This document shows, one piece after another, positions 1 through 9,869 of a stretch of 64,000 bases of DNA; positions within the stretch are counted from its first letter, which is position 1, and each line of letters opens with the position of its first letter. The notes under the pieces were generated by a model. That model was not told the origin of the DNA. It ran no database searches and worked only from the letters and a program-made list of their open reading frames with translations. A program made the translations under genes and the position numbers. Source of the stretch: an uncultured archaeon (GTDB lineage: Archaea; Asgardarchaeota; Hermodarchaeia; Hermodarchaeales; Hermodarchaeaceae). The stretch is taken from positions 64,001 to 128,000 of the forward strand of contig CAYFXC010000002.1 in assembly GCA_964347045.1 (NCBI GenBank), given 5' to 3'.

Positions 1-430
1 AAGCTTGTTGACACTTTCTACACGCTTTTCTGTGCTCCTTCATGGAATGCAACGCCTTCAAGTGCCAAGTCTTTTCATAGCATTGACGGCATTAACTTAT
101 CGTTACATCTTCTTATTTTCTGATGAAGCATACCGAATGGGTCTTGCTAGAGAAGCACGTACAGTAAAAAAAGAACGTATAGTCCGTCTTCGAACTTGGC
201 GTACAATTTCGAGTATGATCGGTACCTTGTTTATTCGTGCATACGAACGGGGAGAAAAAGTCTACCAAACTATGTTAGCCCGAGGATTTTCGGGAAAATT
301 CCATTTAGTAACACATTTGAAAATGGAATTGAAGGATTATGCATTTGCAATTAGCCTATTGTTAATTGCTGTTATGATATATTTTACACCACTCTTTGCA
401 CCCTTTACAGTTGTTGGAGGTTGGTTTTGA
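1..430 (+). CDS. cbiQ: ECF transporter T component (CbiQ/EcfT), 5'-truncated by window
   Basis: YRYIFLF..E..RM..AR..R and LFIRAYERGEKVYQTMLARGF motifs; precedes CbiO-like ATPase. Confidence 0.85.
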   Translation, partial: SLLTLSTRFSVLLHGMQRLQVPSLFIALTALTYRYIFLFSDEAYRMGLAREARTVKKERIVRLRTWRTISSMIGTLFIRAYERGEKVYQTMLARGFSGKFHLVTHLKMELKDYAFAISLLLIAVMIYFTPLFAPFTVVGGWF

Positions 431-432
431 AA

Positions 433-1283
433 ATGGTTCATTGTGCAGTAGATTTGAAAAATATTCAGTATCAGTACCCAGACGGCCACCTTGCCCTAGA
501 AGATATTAATTTTCAAGTAGGTTTACATGAACGCGCAGTCATACTCGGGGCGAATGGAGCAGGGAAATCAACATTGCCTTCAGTGATGTGTGGCATCATT
601 GAAGCTAACTAAGGATCTATTAAAATTCTTGATCAAGAACTTACATCAAAAAACGTGCGTGAACTCAGAGCCTCAATTGGTCTTGTCTTTCAGGAGCCAG
701 ACAACCAGCTCTTTATGCCCACTCTTTGGGAAGATGTTGCGTTTGGCCCTTTGAACATGGGGCTTTCTGAAGTAGAGGTAAATACACGTGTTGATGAAGC
801 ACTACAAGTGGTAGGTCTTCCACACCTCAAAGAAAACCCCCCCCCCACCATCTAAGCGTGGGAGAAAAGATGCGAGCAGCCATTGCCACCGTCTTAGCAA
901 TGCGTCCAAAGATCCTTGTCTTTGATGAACCAACCGCCCATTTGGATCCACGAAGTCGCGATGAATTTGTGAAATTCTTGTCCAAACTTCACTCTGAAGG
1001 CGATTTAACTATTATTACAGCGACTCATGATGTGAACATTGTGCCACGACTTGCAGAACGAGCATATGTACTAAGTGAGGGAAGATTTATTGGAGCAGGT
1101 TCTGTTTCCGAAATTTTCTCTAATTTATCAGTCTTAGACCAAGCCAACCTTGAACCACCTATTCTTGCACAGCTATTCCAAAAAACCCGTGAATATTCTG
1201 AAAGGATGAGCGAAGAACCGTTGCCAATGACTTTGACAGAGGCAGCGTCTCTTATTAGAAAATATTACAATTTGCTTCGTTAG
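433..1283 (+). pseudogene. cbiO: ECF transporter ATPase (CbiO/EcfA), disrupted
   Basis: Walker A GANGAGKST, Q-loop VFQEPDNQLF, Walker B VFDEPTAHLD, ATHD split over 3 ORFs; in-frame TAA at 610-612 and frameshift at C10 run 837-846. Confidence 0.85.
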
Positions 1284-1378
1284 TCTTCAACCACGAAAGA
1301 TCAAATAAAGCGATTAGTTCCTTTGAAGAAACCAAACGGTATAGAGGATGTAAATTAATTTCGAACACATTCGTAGTT

Positions 1379-1567
1379 TTAGCAGTCATTAGGAACATCA
1401 ATTGGGTTAACCACTAAAAAATGAAAACCGTGATCTTCAGGTTCTTTGATTAATGTCCTAATTGAAGCACCACAAATTGTACAGACTTCAACATAGTCAG
1501 GGAATTTTCTTTTGCATTGTGGGCAATAAATCAACTCTGTCACCCATAAGAAAGGCAGTAAGTTCAT
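1379..1567 (-). CDS. small zinc-ribbon protein or gene remnant
   Basis: CPQC...CTIC pair; short, in decayed region. Confidence 0.35.
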   Translation of the reverse strand: MNLLPFLWVTELIYCPQCKRKFPDYVEVCTICGASIRTLIKEPEDHGFHFLVVNPIDVPNDC

Positions 1568-1672
1568 CCCTAAAAACTTCGGTGAACCGCTACGCTAAGA
1601 AAATTGCAAATTGATAAGTAAACCTACGAGAAATTTAGGAACTAGAGTTCAGTTATTACAAATATGGACGAT

Positions 1673-1914
1673 TTATGAAATACATTTCATGATAGTGATT
1701 TTCTTGCCAAACTCAGTAACTATGTCAGGAAGCACCTCTGCAACACCAATACCCGAGTCTTGGACACGTCCACTATGATTAGACACATAAAAACCATAGA
1801 CTCCGGTATCCAAGACTTTGGCGGCTCCTTTAGGGACATGATTTCCTTGAAAAAGACCGGTAAGTTGATCGCATTAACGATTTCTTTTAACTCCTTGGTA
1901 CTCTCGGAGCTCAA
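1673..1914 (-). pseudogene. FMN-dependent alpha-hydroxy-acid dehydrogenase remnant
   Basis: ELKEIVNAINLPVFFKEIMS in one frame, then after a shift near 1830 AAKVLDTGVYGFYVSNHSGRVQDSGIGVAEVLPDI (family motif VSNHGGRxLD). Confidence 0.7.
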
Positions 1915-2101
1915 GTGATACTAATTGGGCGACCACTTGCTCGAACGGCCTTAGCCGGCGGCAACCGCAGTGAAGTTGTATCTTGATTATGTTAAAAGAC
2001 TTTTACATCGTGCCATGATAATGACAGGCTGTAACTCACTCAAAGATGTGAACAGATGAATCCTCTAAACAGAATAAATCAAGTCGTCGAAATAAGAATT
2101 G

Positions 2102-2899
2102 TTAAATTCCCAGATAATCGCCGTAGACAAATTGTCGTTGAAACCATGCGACAATGGCGTCCATTGTTACTTCAAAGGCGACAGGGTTGGAGAGGCTATG
2201 ATTGGCTCCGGGAACAATAACCAATTCTTTCGGATCTTTAGCGGCATTGAAGAACCGAGTTACACCAGCAAGATCAATTTCTTTGTCAACATCTCCAGTA
2301 ATGACCAAAAGTGGTTTAGGCGCCAGTTTCTGGATTTCATTTATAGGATTGATTTTTTTCGCATCTTGAATCATACGTTCAACTAGCCCATGACGCCATT
2401 TCGGGTCAGTAAGACCAATAACTTCATCTGGTGCTGTACGAAGAAGCTCTTCAATGCCTGCAGGAACCAAGGGCGATTTGGCAAAAGCTAGAGTATCATA
2501 GACGGGCGCTCGAAGAGCCAACGATGTGATTAACGGATTTCTTATTGTTTCTCTCACAGCAGCGGCTGCACCAAAACTTGCTGCAAAAATCCCAATAAAT
2601 TCGGGTGAAACAAATTCTGATTCGATGAAATGGGTGATTGCTGCTTTGGCATCATAAATTTCACCAGCGAGACTGAATCGTCCCTCACTAGACCGAAACC
2701 CTCGAAAATCGAAGGTGAGGACAACGAATCCTGCTTTGGCAAGCCGTGTAGCGATTCCACTTACTTGGTCAGAGGCGCCAGGGAACCCATGAAATTTACA
2801 GATACCTGCAAATACCCCTTCTTTATCTGGAAGGACAAAGTTTCCTCGAACTGCTTCACCTTCAGAAAAGAACTCTGTGGGAACAACACGAATCTTCAC
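2102..2899 (-). CDS. alpha/beta hydrolase
   Basis: HGFPG, FDFRGFRSSEG, nucleophile elbow ASFG, GDVD, GANH. Confidence 0.85.
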   Translation of the reverse strand: MKIRVVPTEFFSEGEAVRGNFVLPDKEGVFAGICKFHGFPGASDQVSGIATRLAKAGFVVLTFDFRGFRSSEGRFSLAGEIYDAKAAITHFIESEFVSPEFIGIFAASFGAAAAVRETIRNPLITSLALRAPVYDTLAFAKSPLVPAGIEELLRTAPDEVIGLTDPKWRHGLVERMIQDAKKINPINEIQKLAPKPLLVITGDVDKEIDLAGVTRFFNAAKDPKELVIVPGANHSLSNPVAFEVTMDAIVAWFQRQFVYGDYLGI

Positions 2900-3062
2900 G
2901 TGCTAACACTCGTGGGTAAAATGTCTTTCAACCATAAACGGTTTGTGGATGATGAAAAATGAGAAAGAAACCAACCAGAAGTGAGATCTGGTTAAAAGAT
3001 TTTTAAGAATTGGCAAAGAGTTTTGAACCGAAAAAACTTGTTATCAAACTGGAGCGAACCAG

Positions 3063-4817
3063 ATGAGTCTGACAACTGAAGTATCAATTTTGATTGGTGG
3101 TGAAGCTGGTGCAGGAATCTCTGCGGCTGGAATTTCACTAGGAAAAGTCTTCATGCGTGGAGGATTACATGTTTTTGGAACCGTGGATTATCCTTCCCTG
3201 ATTCGTGGTGGTCACAACTTCTACATGGTCCGTGCTAGTACGGACCCCGTGTATAACCACTGGGATACGCATGATCTCATTATTGCTCTCGATGCAAATA
3301 CGATTCAGCGCCATTGGAAAGAGCTGAAACCTGGCGGAGGCATCATCTACGATGGAGATGAAATTCCTGCTGAAAGTCCTGATCTCCCAAAAACGATCCA
3401 GAATCTATATTCAATTCCCCTCAAAACGATTGTCAAGGAAGTTCAAGGTCGAAAGGTTGTTCGTAATACCGTTGCTTTGGGTGCCGCACTCGGAATTTTA
3501 GGCTATAACATTAACATCTTGGAAGAGATGCTTCGGGATTTCTTCATTAGCAAAGGGGAAAAAGTTGTCAACATGAATGTGAATGCGGCCCGTGCGGGAT
3601 TTAACTACGCCCAAAAGCATTTTACTCAGAAGCTAAAGCAAAAGCTTGTACCTACCAAAGAGATTCAGAAAGATCGAATTTTTATTACAGGAAATGAAGC
3701 AGTTGCACTGGGTGCCATTGCTGCAGGCTGCAAATTTTATGCAGCGTATCCCATGACGCCGGCTTCACCTGTACTTCATTTTCTTGTCGCCCAAGCAGAA
3801 CGCTTTGGGATAGTGGTTATTCAAGCGGAAAGTGAAATTGCGGCCATCAATATGGCTGTGGGTGCGTCATATACCGGTGTTCGGGCGATGACTGGTACTT
3901 CCGGTGGAGGATTTTGCTTAATGACTGAAACTCTAGGCATGGCTGGTATGACCGAAACACCATTAGTGATTATGCTCGGGCAACGAACCGGACCTAGCAC
4001 AGGTCTTCCCACATACACAGCTCAAGGCGACCTGCGATTTGCGGTTCACGCTTCGCATGGTGAATTTCCTCGAGTGGTTATTGCCCCGGGTGACGTTGAT
4101 GAGTGTTACGAGTTCACAATTGAGGCCTTCAATCTCGCCGATGAATTCCAAATCCCTGTTATCCTGTTAACTGACAAGCATCTCATTGAAAGCTCCACAT
4201 CCACTAAACCGTTCATAATTGACGGCGTGGAGATTAATCGTGGTAAGCTCCTTCCCCTGTCGCCGTATTCTGAAAAAGAACCCTATTTGCGACACAAGTT
4301 GACCTCAGATGGGATTTCCCCACGTCTGATACCCGGGACCCCGGGTGCGTTAATCCATACAGATTCCGCCGTACACAAAGAAAGTGGATTTCAGGGGGAT
4401 GATTGCGAAATTACCATAAGAATGGCAGATAAACGGTTTGACAAATTGCCGAAGCTTCTGAAACGACTCAAGAAGCAACCTCTTGTTAAAATCTATGGAC
4501 CCAAAAGTGCTGACATTACCCTTGTTGGCTGGGGATCTACCAAAGGAGTCGCTCTCGAAGTGCTTCGCATCCTTAGGAAAGAGAACATCAAAGCCAATTT
4601 TTTACAAGTCGTTTATCTTAGCCCCTTTCCAACGGAGGAGGTAAAATTGGCATTAAAGGGTCAGACCTCGATTTTGATTGAGGGAAACCAAACTGCCCAA
4701 CTTGGAAGCCTAATAAAAGAACATACCGGTATCGAAATACCACGGATGGTATTACGTTATGATGGCAGGGCATTTAATCCACTTCAACTCAGCCGACAAA
4801 TCAAGGAGGAACTCTAA
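3063..4817 (+). CDS. korA: 2-oxoacid:ferredoxin oxidoreductase alpha subunit (gamma-alpha fused)
   Basis: GGEAGAG, SLIRGGHN, YPMTPAS, QAESEIAA, TSGGGF. Confidence 0.95.
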   Translation: MSLTTEVSILIGGEAGAGISAAGISLGKVFMRGGLHVFGTVDYPSLIRGGHNFYMVRASTDPVYNHWDTHDLIIALDANTIQRHWKELKPGGGIIYDGDEIPAESPDLPKTIQNLYSIPLKTIVKEVQGRKVVRNTVALGAALGILGYNINILEEMLRDFFISKGEKVVNMNVNAARAGFNYAQKHFTQKLKQKLVPTKEIQKDRIFITGNEAVALGAIAAGCKFYAAYPMTPASPVLHFLVAQAERFGIVVIQAESEIAAINMAVGASYTGVRAMTGTSGGGFCLMTETLGMAGMTETPLVIMLGQRTGPSTGLPTYTAQGDLRFAVHASHGEFPRVVIAPGDVDECYEFTIEAFNLADEFQIPVILLTDKHLIESSTSTKPFIIDGVEINRGKLLPLSPYSEKEPYLRHKLTSDGISPRLIPGTPGALIHTDSAVHKESGFQGDDCEITIRMADKRFDKLPKLLKRLKKQPLVKIYGPKSADITLVGWGSTKGVALEVLRILRKENIKANFLQVVYLSPFPTEEVKLALKGQTSILIEGNQTAQLGSLIKEHTGIEIPRMVLRYDGRAFNPLQLSRQIKEEL

Positions 4818-4840
4818 AACAAGGATGGATGTGAGGACAT

Positions 4841-5206
4841 TTGGCACGATTTCGATGCATGGTCTGTAATTGGGTGTATGATGAGAATGAACAAGGTATG
4901 AGGTTTGTTGATGTGGATGCCAAGACTTTCCATTGTCCTGTCTGTGGCGCACCGAAATCTGCGTTCGTTCCTGAAGGTATTACAAAGGGTGCTGAAGACA
5001 TCGGAACAACTGTTGCGGATAAAATCGTAAAGCAATTGGAAGCTTTAGGCATAAAATACATTTATGGCAGTCTTGGTGATTCAAACCTCCCGTTGATTGA
5101 TGACTTTCGACGCAGTAAACAAATCCGATTCATTCTAGCCCGACACGAAGAAACCGCTGCATTCATGGCAGCAGCAACAAAACGATTAGAAAGGAATGAA
5201 AAATGA
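4841..5206 (+). CDS. rubredoxin domain fused to truncated ThDP-enzyme PYR domain
   Basis: CMVCNWVYD...CPVCGAPKSAF then TVADKIVKQLEALGIKYIYG.LGDS...RHEETAAFMA; ends right after. Confidence 0.75.
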   Translation: MARFRCMVCNWVYDENEQGMRFVDVDAKTFHCPVCGAPKSAFVPEGITKGAEDIGTTVADKIVKQLEALGIKYIYGSLGDSNLPLIDDFRRSKQIRFILARHEETAAFMAAATKRLERNEK

Positions 5207-6069
5207 TGGAGAAACCAACTCGAGAAAACATCAAAACTCAAGAACCCAATACTTGGTGCCCAGGCTGTGGCAATTTTGGCATCTTAAGAGCTCTGCATAC
5301 CGCCATTGTTGATCTAGGCATTCCACGCGAACAAGTTATACTTGTCACGGGAATTGGCTGCCACGGAAAAATCTCCAACTACATCAACATCAACGGATTC
5401 CATGGCATCCACGGACGTGTTCTACCAGTTATGGCTGGAATAAAGATGGCAAACCATGACCTTACCATTATTGGTCACGCTGGTGATGGTGACCAATATG
5501 ACGAAGGACTTGGACACTTCCCACATGCAGCACGTCGCAACATCGATGTTAAATTATTCACTCATAATAACAAAGTCTTTGGACTCACCACGGGACAAAT
5601 TTCACCCACAAGTATCAAAGGTTTTATTAGCAAAACCACACCGCATGGAGCCTTTCCCCCGCGCATCGAACCGCTGAAAATCGCTTTAGCCAGTAATGCT
5701 ACCTTCGTTGCCCGTGGTTGGGTTGGCGATGTTGGACACCTCAAAGAACTCATGAAAGCTGCTATCCAACACAAGGGGTTTGCCCTCGTCGATATGCTTC
5801 AGGTTTGTGTTGTTTGGAATCTAGTCCAAGATTACAAGTTTTATCGTGAACGTGTCTACAAACTCGAGGAACAAGGCCATGACCCTTCAGACTATTTTTC
5901 CGCAATGAAACGAGCCGAAGAATGGGGCGACAAGATTCCTATCGGCATCTTCTATCAAGCAGACCGACCAGTCTATCGGAGTTCCTTTCCCCAACTTACA
6001 AAAACTCCGCTTGTAAAGCAGCCCCTCAAAGTAAAAGGTTTCACTGACTTTCTCCAAGAGTTCACCTAA
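5203..6069 (+). CDS. korB: 2-oxoacid:ferredoxin oxidoreductase beta subunit
   Basis: WCPGCGNFG, GIGC, HGR, GDGD, NNKVFGLTTGQ. Confidence 0.95.
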   Translation: MMEKPTRENIKTQEPNTWCPGCGNFGILRALHTAIVDLGIPREQVILVTGIGCHGKISNYININGFHGIHGRVLPVMAGIKMANHDLTIIGHAGDGDQYDEGLGHFPHAARRNIDVKLFTHNNKVFGLTTGQISPTSIKGFISKTTPHGAFPPRIEPLKIALASNATFVARGWVGDVGHLKELMKAAIQHKGFALVDMLQVCVVWNLVQDYKFYRERVYKLEEQGHDPSDYFSAMKRAEEWGDKIPIGIFYQADRPVYRSSFPQLTKTPLVKQPLKVKGFTDFLQEFT

Positions 6070-6271
6070 ATCTGACGGGCTTTGAACTAGTTTTACAGAG
6101 CTTTAAAGACAATTTTGTTGCAGAAACCCATTGCTTAGATTTGAGCTCTATGTGTTTTGTGTCCCTATCATCGAAGAAAGTGATATCGACTCACGGACCA
6201 ACTAATTGTAGCACTGCATATTGTTCTGGAGTATCAGCCATGAAAAGAAAAATAGAGCCTACTAGCATGAG

Positions 6272-6712
6272 CTAGACAGGCTTGATGAAGTAAGCTAGGT
6301 TCCCGTTTTCTAGTTCTTGAGGTTCAACTTTGACTTTCATTCCCACTTTGGGTTTGCTTTTTAGTCCCTTCATATGTGCAGCGAGGCGGAGTTCGTCTTC
6401 GAACTCAATCACGCCAACTACGTAGGGAACATTGGTTTGTTTGGCGATGCCATCTGGAGCAAAGTGGACAATCGACCAAGTGTAGAGGGTGCCTTCAGGG
6501 TTCACTTCAAACCACTCAAGATCAGCTCCGCCGCATGGACAAGTAAACCTGGGTGGCATAAATTTTTTTCCGCAACTTTTGCATTTGGTTGCTAAGAACT
6601 TACCCTCTTCAAGGCCTCCGATGAATTTTCGGAATTCAGCTGTCATCCGCTGTCGGTTCTTCACATCTGATGAAAGCTCAACAACGAAACCAATTTCACG
6701 TTCACTCATCAC
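6272..6712 (-). CDS. DUF35 Zn-ribbon/OB-fold thiolase partner
   Basis: KCKSCGKKFMPPRFTCPCG, GTLYTWS, PYVVGVIE; follows thiolase. Confidence 0.9.
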   Translation of the reverse strand: MMSEREIGFVVELSSDVKNRQRMTAEFRKFIGGLEEGKFLATKCKSCGKKFMPPRFTCPCGGADLEWFEVNPEGTLYTWSIVHFAPDGIAKQTNVPYVVGVIEFEDELRLAAHMKGLKSKPKVGMKVKVEPQELENGNLAYFIKPV

Positions 6713-6720
6713 AGTTCACC

Positions 6721-7932
6721 TTAGCGTTCCAAAATAAACACGTTCACAAATTGCCCGTGTTGACCCACATTATGGGTGAGGGCGACTTCAACGTCGGGGA
6801 CTTGGCGTGGCTTCTCAGCTGTGCCAAATGCTTGTTTGTAAGCATCGACGACTTGACCGATACCAGTCGCACCTAGCGGATGACCTTTTGATTTAAGACC
6901 TCCATCCACATTGGTTGGCACACCTGGTCCATCAATATATGCTCCACGTTCTGCAGACCATTCACCGCCTTTTCCGCGTTCACAAAAACCGAGGTCTTCG
7001 TAAGCCATGATTTCAGCAATACTAAAGCAATCATGGACATAGGCAACATCGATATCCTTAACGGTTTTTCCGCTTTGTTTGTAAGCCATCGCGCCAGCAC
7101 GAACATTACCCGCGATATTGGTCAGATTTGGTCGATCTGTAATTCGGAATGTGTCGGATGATGTGCCGATACCGGTAATCCAGAGGGGTTCACTGGACAT
7201 TTTTTTGGCTTTTTCTTCATTAGCCATGATGACGGTTGCTGCCCCATCGCTGATGAGACAACAGTCATACAATCGTAAGGGCATTGCAATGGGAATTGAC
7301 TCACTAGCATCTTCAATTGTGATTTGGCGACGTAGTTGGGCGTTCTTATTATAGTAGCCATAATAATGGCTTTTAACGGGAACCGATGACAGTTGTTCTC
7401 GGGTAAGATCATCAACAGCCATCTTTCGAGCTGCATAAAGTGAATAAAATGTGGGAAAACTAATCCCGTAGATATACTCCCAGCGGTGGTCACCCGCTAC
7501 TGACATGAGTTCTGTTGCGTAGGCTGAACTTAGCCAAGTCATGGTTTCCACGCCGATGGCGGCCACGACATCGAATTGCCCAGATGCAATTTGAGCCCAG
7601 GCACTGCGGATAGCGGTGGAGCCGGTAGCGCATGCTGTTTCTACGCGCATTGTTGGCTTACCAATTATTCCGACTTCGTCTGCTACGAGGGCTGCTCCGG
7701 CGCCTTGACCGGCAAAGGCTTCGGCGGCGATGCCAACGACACTTGCTTCGACATCATCGTTTGTAATACCAGCGTGTTCGAGGGCAGGGAAGTAGGATTC
7801 GTGGGCAAGTTCCCGGAAGGTGACTGCAGGGTAAGTAGCTTTTTCGCCTTCTATGTCCTCATTGATGACCTTGCCGCGTTTGCCAAATTTGCTATGGCCG
7901 ATGCCTACAATGGCGACTTTTGGAATTACCAC
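6721..7932 (-). CDS. archaeal-type thiolase (acetyl-CoA acyltransferase)
   Basis: ETACATGS, HDCFSIAE, GHPLGATG, THNVG. Confidence 0.93.
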   Translation of the reverse strand: MVIPKVAIVGIGHSKFGKRGKVINEDIEGEKATYPAVTFRELAHESYFPALEHAGITNDDVEASVVGIAAEAFAGQGAGAALVADEVGIIGKPTMRVETACATGSTAIRSAWAQIASGQFDVVAAIGVETMTWLSSAYATELMSVAGDHRWEYIYGISFPTFYSLYAARKMAVDDLTREQLSSVPVKSHYYGYYNKNAQLRRQITIEDASESIPIAMPLRLYDCCLISDGAATVIMANEEKAKKMSSEPLWITGIGTSSDTFRITDRPNLTNIAGNVRAGAMAYKQSGKTVKDIDVAYVHDCFSIAEIMAYEDLGFCERGKGGEWSAERGAYIDGPGVPTNVDGGLKSKGHPLGATGIGQVVDAYKQAFGTAEKPRQVPDVEVALTHNVGQHGQFVNVFILER

Positions 7933-8035
7933 TTGTTTTTCACCTTTTTTGGGGTTCTAAGTTTGTGTTTCTATCACGAGTTTCGCTAATAGAATCTTTT
8001 CGTTTGTTCTAGAAGTTAGACTCGTTGAAGGAGTG

Positions 8036-8863
8036 TTATTTCCCTTTGAATTTGGGTTTGCTTTTTTGGAAAATGGCTGATACGCCAATTCCAAAGTCTT
8101 CGGTTTGCGTGGTTTCAAGAAGGGCTTCCAGCTCTTCTTTGTTGCCTTCCTCCAGCGTTACATCATAAGACATATTGAGTGTCTTCTTCGCGAGTCGGAC
8201 GGCAACAGGAGCAGCATCAGCGATTTGTTGGGCCATAAATAATGCCTCTGAATGTAATTCATCAGAGGGCACAACTTTGTTAACAAGACCAATTTCGTAC
8301 GCTTCGTCTGCAGGGATTTGTCGACCCGTCAGGATGATTTCCTTTGCTCGACCCATTCCCACGAGCCTTGGTAGTCGTTGTGTTCCACCCCAGCCAGGGA
8401 TTAATCCAACGTTCACTACCTCAGTAACCCAGCATTTCGCATCCTTCGCGGCCACGCGGAGGTCTGCAGCCATCGCCATTTCAAGGCCCCCACCGATTAC
8501 TAATGCATTAAGCTCAGCGATTACAGGCTTGGGGAATGTTTCGATACGGCGGAAAAGAGCTTGACCATCTACTAAGAATTTTCGTCCAGCTTCGGGATCT
8601 GATGCCAAAGATGCAGCAGCTTTTAGGTCGGCTCCAGAAGAGAAGACTTTCTCGGAGGCGGACCGGATTACGACGGCCCGGACTTTGTCATCTTTTTCGA
8701 TTTTGTCAAGAAGTTCAGTGAATTCTTTGACCATTTGAGGGTTGATGCCGTTTAAGGCATCGGGTCTGTTGAGGGTAATAACGCCGATGTTTTCTTCATC
8801 TGCAAGAAAATGTCCTTCAATTTTGTACTTGAGAGTTTCCATTTCATGTTCCTCCATTTTCAA
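8036..8863 (-). CDS. enoyl-CoA hydratase (crotonase)
   Basis: LNRPDALN, FSSGADL, GGGLEMAMAAD, PGWGGTQRLPRLVG. Confidence 0.93.
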   Translation of the reverse strand: MKMEEHEMETLKYKIEGHFLADEENIGVITLNRPDALNGINPQMVKEFTELLDKIEKDDKVRAVVIRSASEKVFSSGADLKAAASLASDPEAGRKFLVDGQALFRRIETFPKPVIAELNALVIGGGLEMAMAADLRVAAKDAKCWVTEVVNVGLIPGWGGTQRLPRLVGMGRAKEIILTGRQIPADEAYEIGLVNKVVPSDELHSEALFMAQQIADAAPVAVRLAKKTLNMSYDVTLEEGNKEELEALLETTQTEDFGIGVSAIFQKSKPKFKGK

Positions 8864-8868
8864 GATTC

Positions 8869-9750
8869 TTATTCGGTGTATTCGAAGAACCCTTTGCCAG
8901 ATTTCATACCGAGTTCACCTTTTTCCACTTTTTCCAACAACAACTTTGGTGTAGCATAGCAATCACCAAGCCCTTCATGAAGAGTACTAGCAGTGGCTAC
9001 GGCTATATCTAACCCGACAAAATCAGCCAAAGTAAGGGGTCCAACTGGATGATTGGCTCCAAGCGTCATAGCAGTGTCAATATCCCTACCCGTGGCTAGC
9101 CCATCTTGAAGAATCTTGATTGCTTCACCCATTAGAGCGCCGAGAATCCGGTTGACAATAAATCCTGGTGAATCTTTCACCTTGACAGGTGTTTTATCAA
9201 GCTTCTTAGAAAATTCTATGGCTGTTTCAATGGTCTCCTTGGATGATTTTTCACCCAGCACAATCTCTACAAGTTTCATTGTGTAGACGGGATTGAAGAA
9301 GTGAGTTCCAATTACTTTGTCTGGGCGATTAGTTGCTGTGGCTATTTCGGTGACACTAAGTGAAGAAGTATTTGTGGCTAAGATGGTTTCAGCTTTTGTG
9401 TATTCATCAAGTTTACCAAAGAGTTCTTTCTTGACTTCCATATCTTCAAAGATAGCTTCTACGACCATGTCAACGTCTTCGACAGCTTCTTTAAGGTCGG
9501 CGACGCCATGAATTCCATCGATGATAGCTTTGGCAGCTTTGAGATCTAGTTTCTTGCGTTCGACTCCCGTTTTGACCATGTCTTTGATTTTGCTTTTCCC
9601 TTTATCGATGAATTCTTGTTTGAGGTCGTTGAGGTTGACTTCGATGCCAAACCGGGCAGCTTGATATGCGATACCTGTGCCCATGGCACCCGCGCCGATG
9701 ACGGCGATCCGTTTGATTTCCATTTTTTTCACTTCAATAGTATTTGGCAA
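8869..9750 (-). CDS. hbd: 3-hydroxyacyl-CoA dehydrogenase
   Basis: GAGAMGTG, TNTSSL, HFFNP, PGFIVNR, GPLTLADFVGLD. Confidence 0.95.
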   Translation of the reverse strand: MPNTIEVKKMEIKRIAVIGAGAMGTGIAYQAARFGIEVNLNDLKQEFIDKGKSKIKDMVKTGVERKKLDLKAAKAIIDGIHGVADLKEAVEDVDMVVEAIFEDMEVKKELFGKLDEYTKAETILATNTSSLSVTEIATATNRPDKVIGTHFFNPVYTMKLVEIVLGEKSSKETIETAIEFSKKLDKTPVKVKDSPGFIVNRILGALMGEAIKILQDGLATGRDIDTAMTLGANHPVGPLTLADFVGLDIAVATASTLHEGLGDCYATPKLLLEKVEKGELGMKSGKGFFEYTE

Positions 9751-9869
9751 TGAAAACCATGTTAAATTGTCTAAGCTGAACTGGGTTGTCCTATTTTAAT
9801 ACAACTAAAAGTCAAAATTTAAGAACAGAAAAACGATTGAATGGTGAATAGTGGAGTAAATTAGAGGAG

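Noticed and set aside
1905-1970. Three small hairpins resembling a riboswitch
   Set aside because: No cobalamin-box consensus; adjoins a pseudogene remnant
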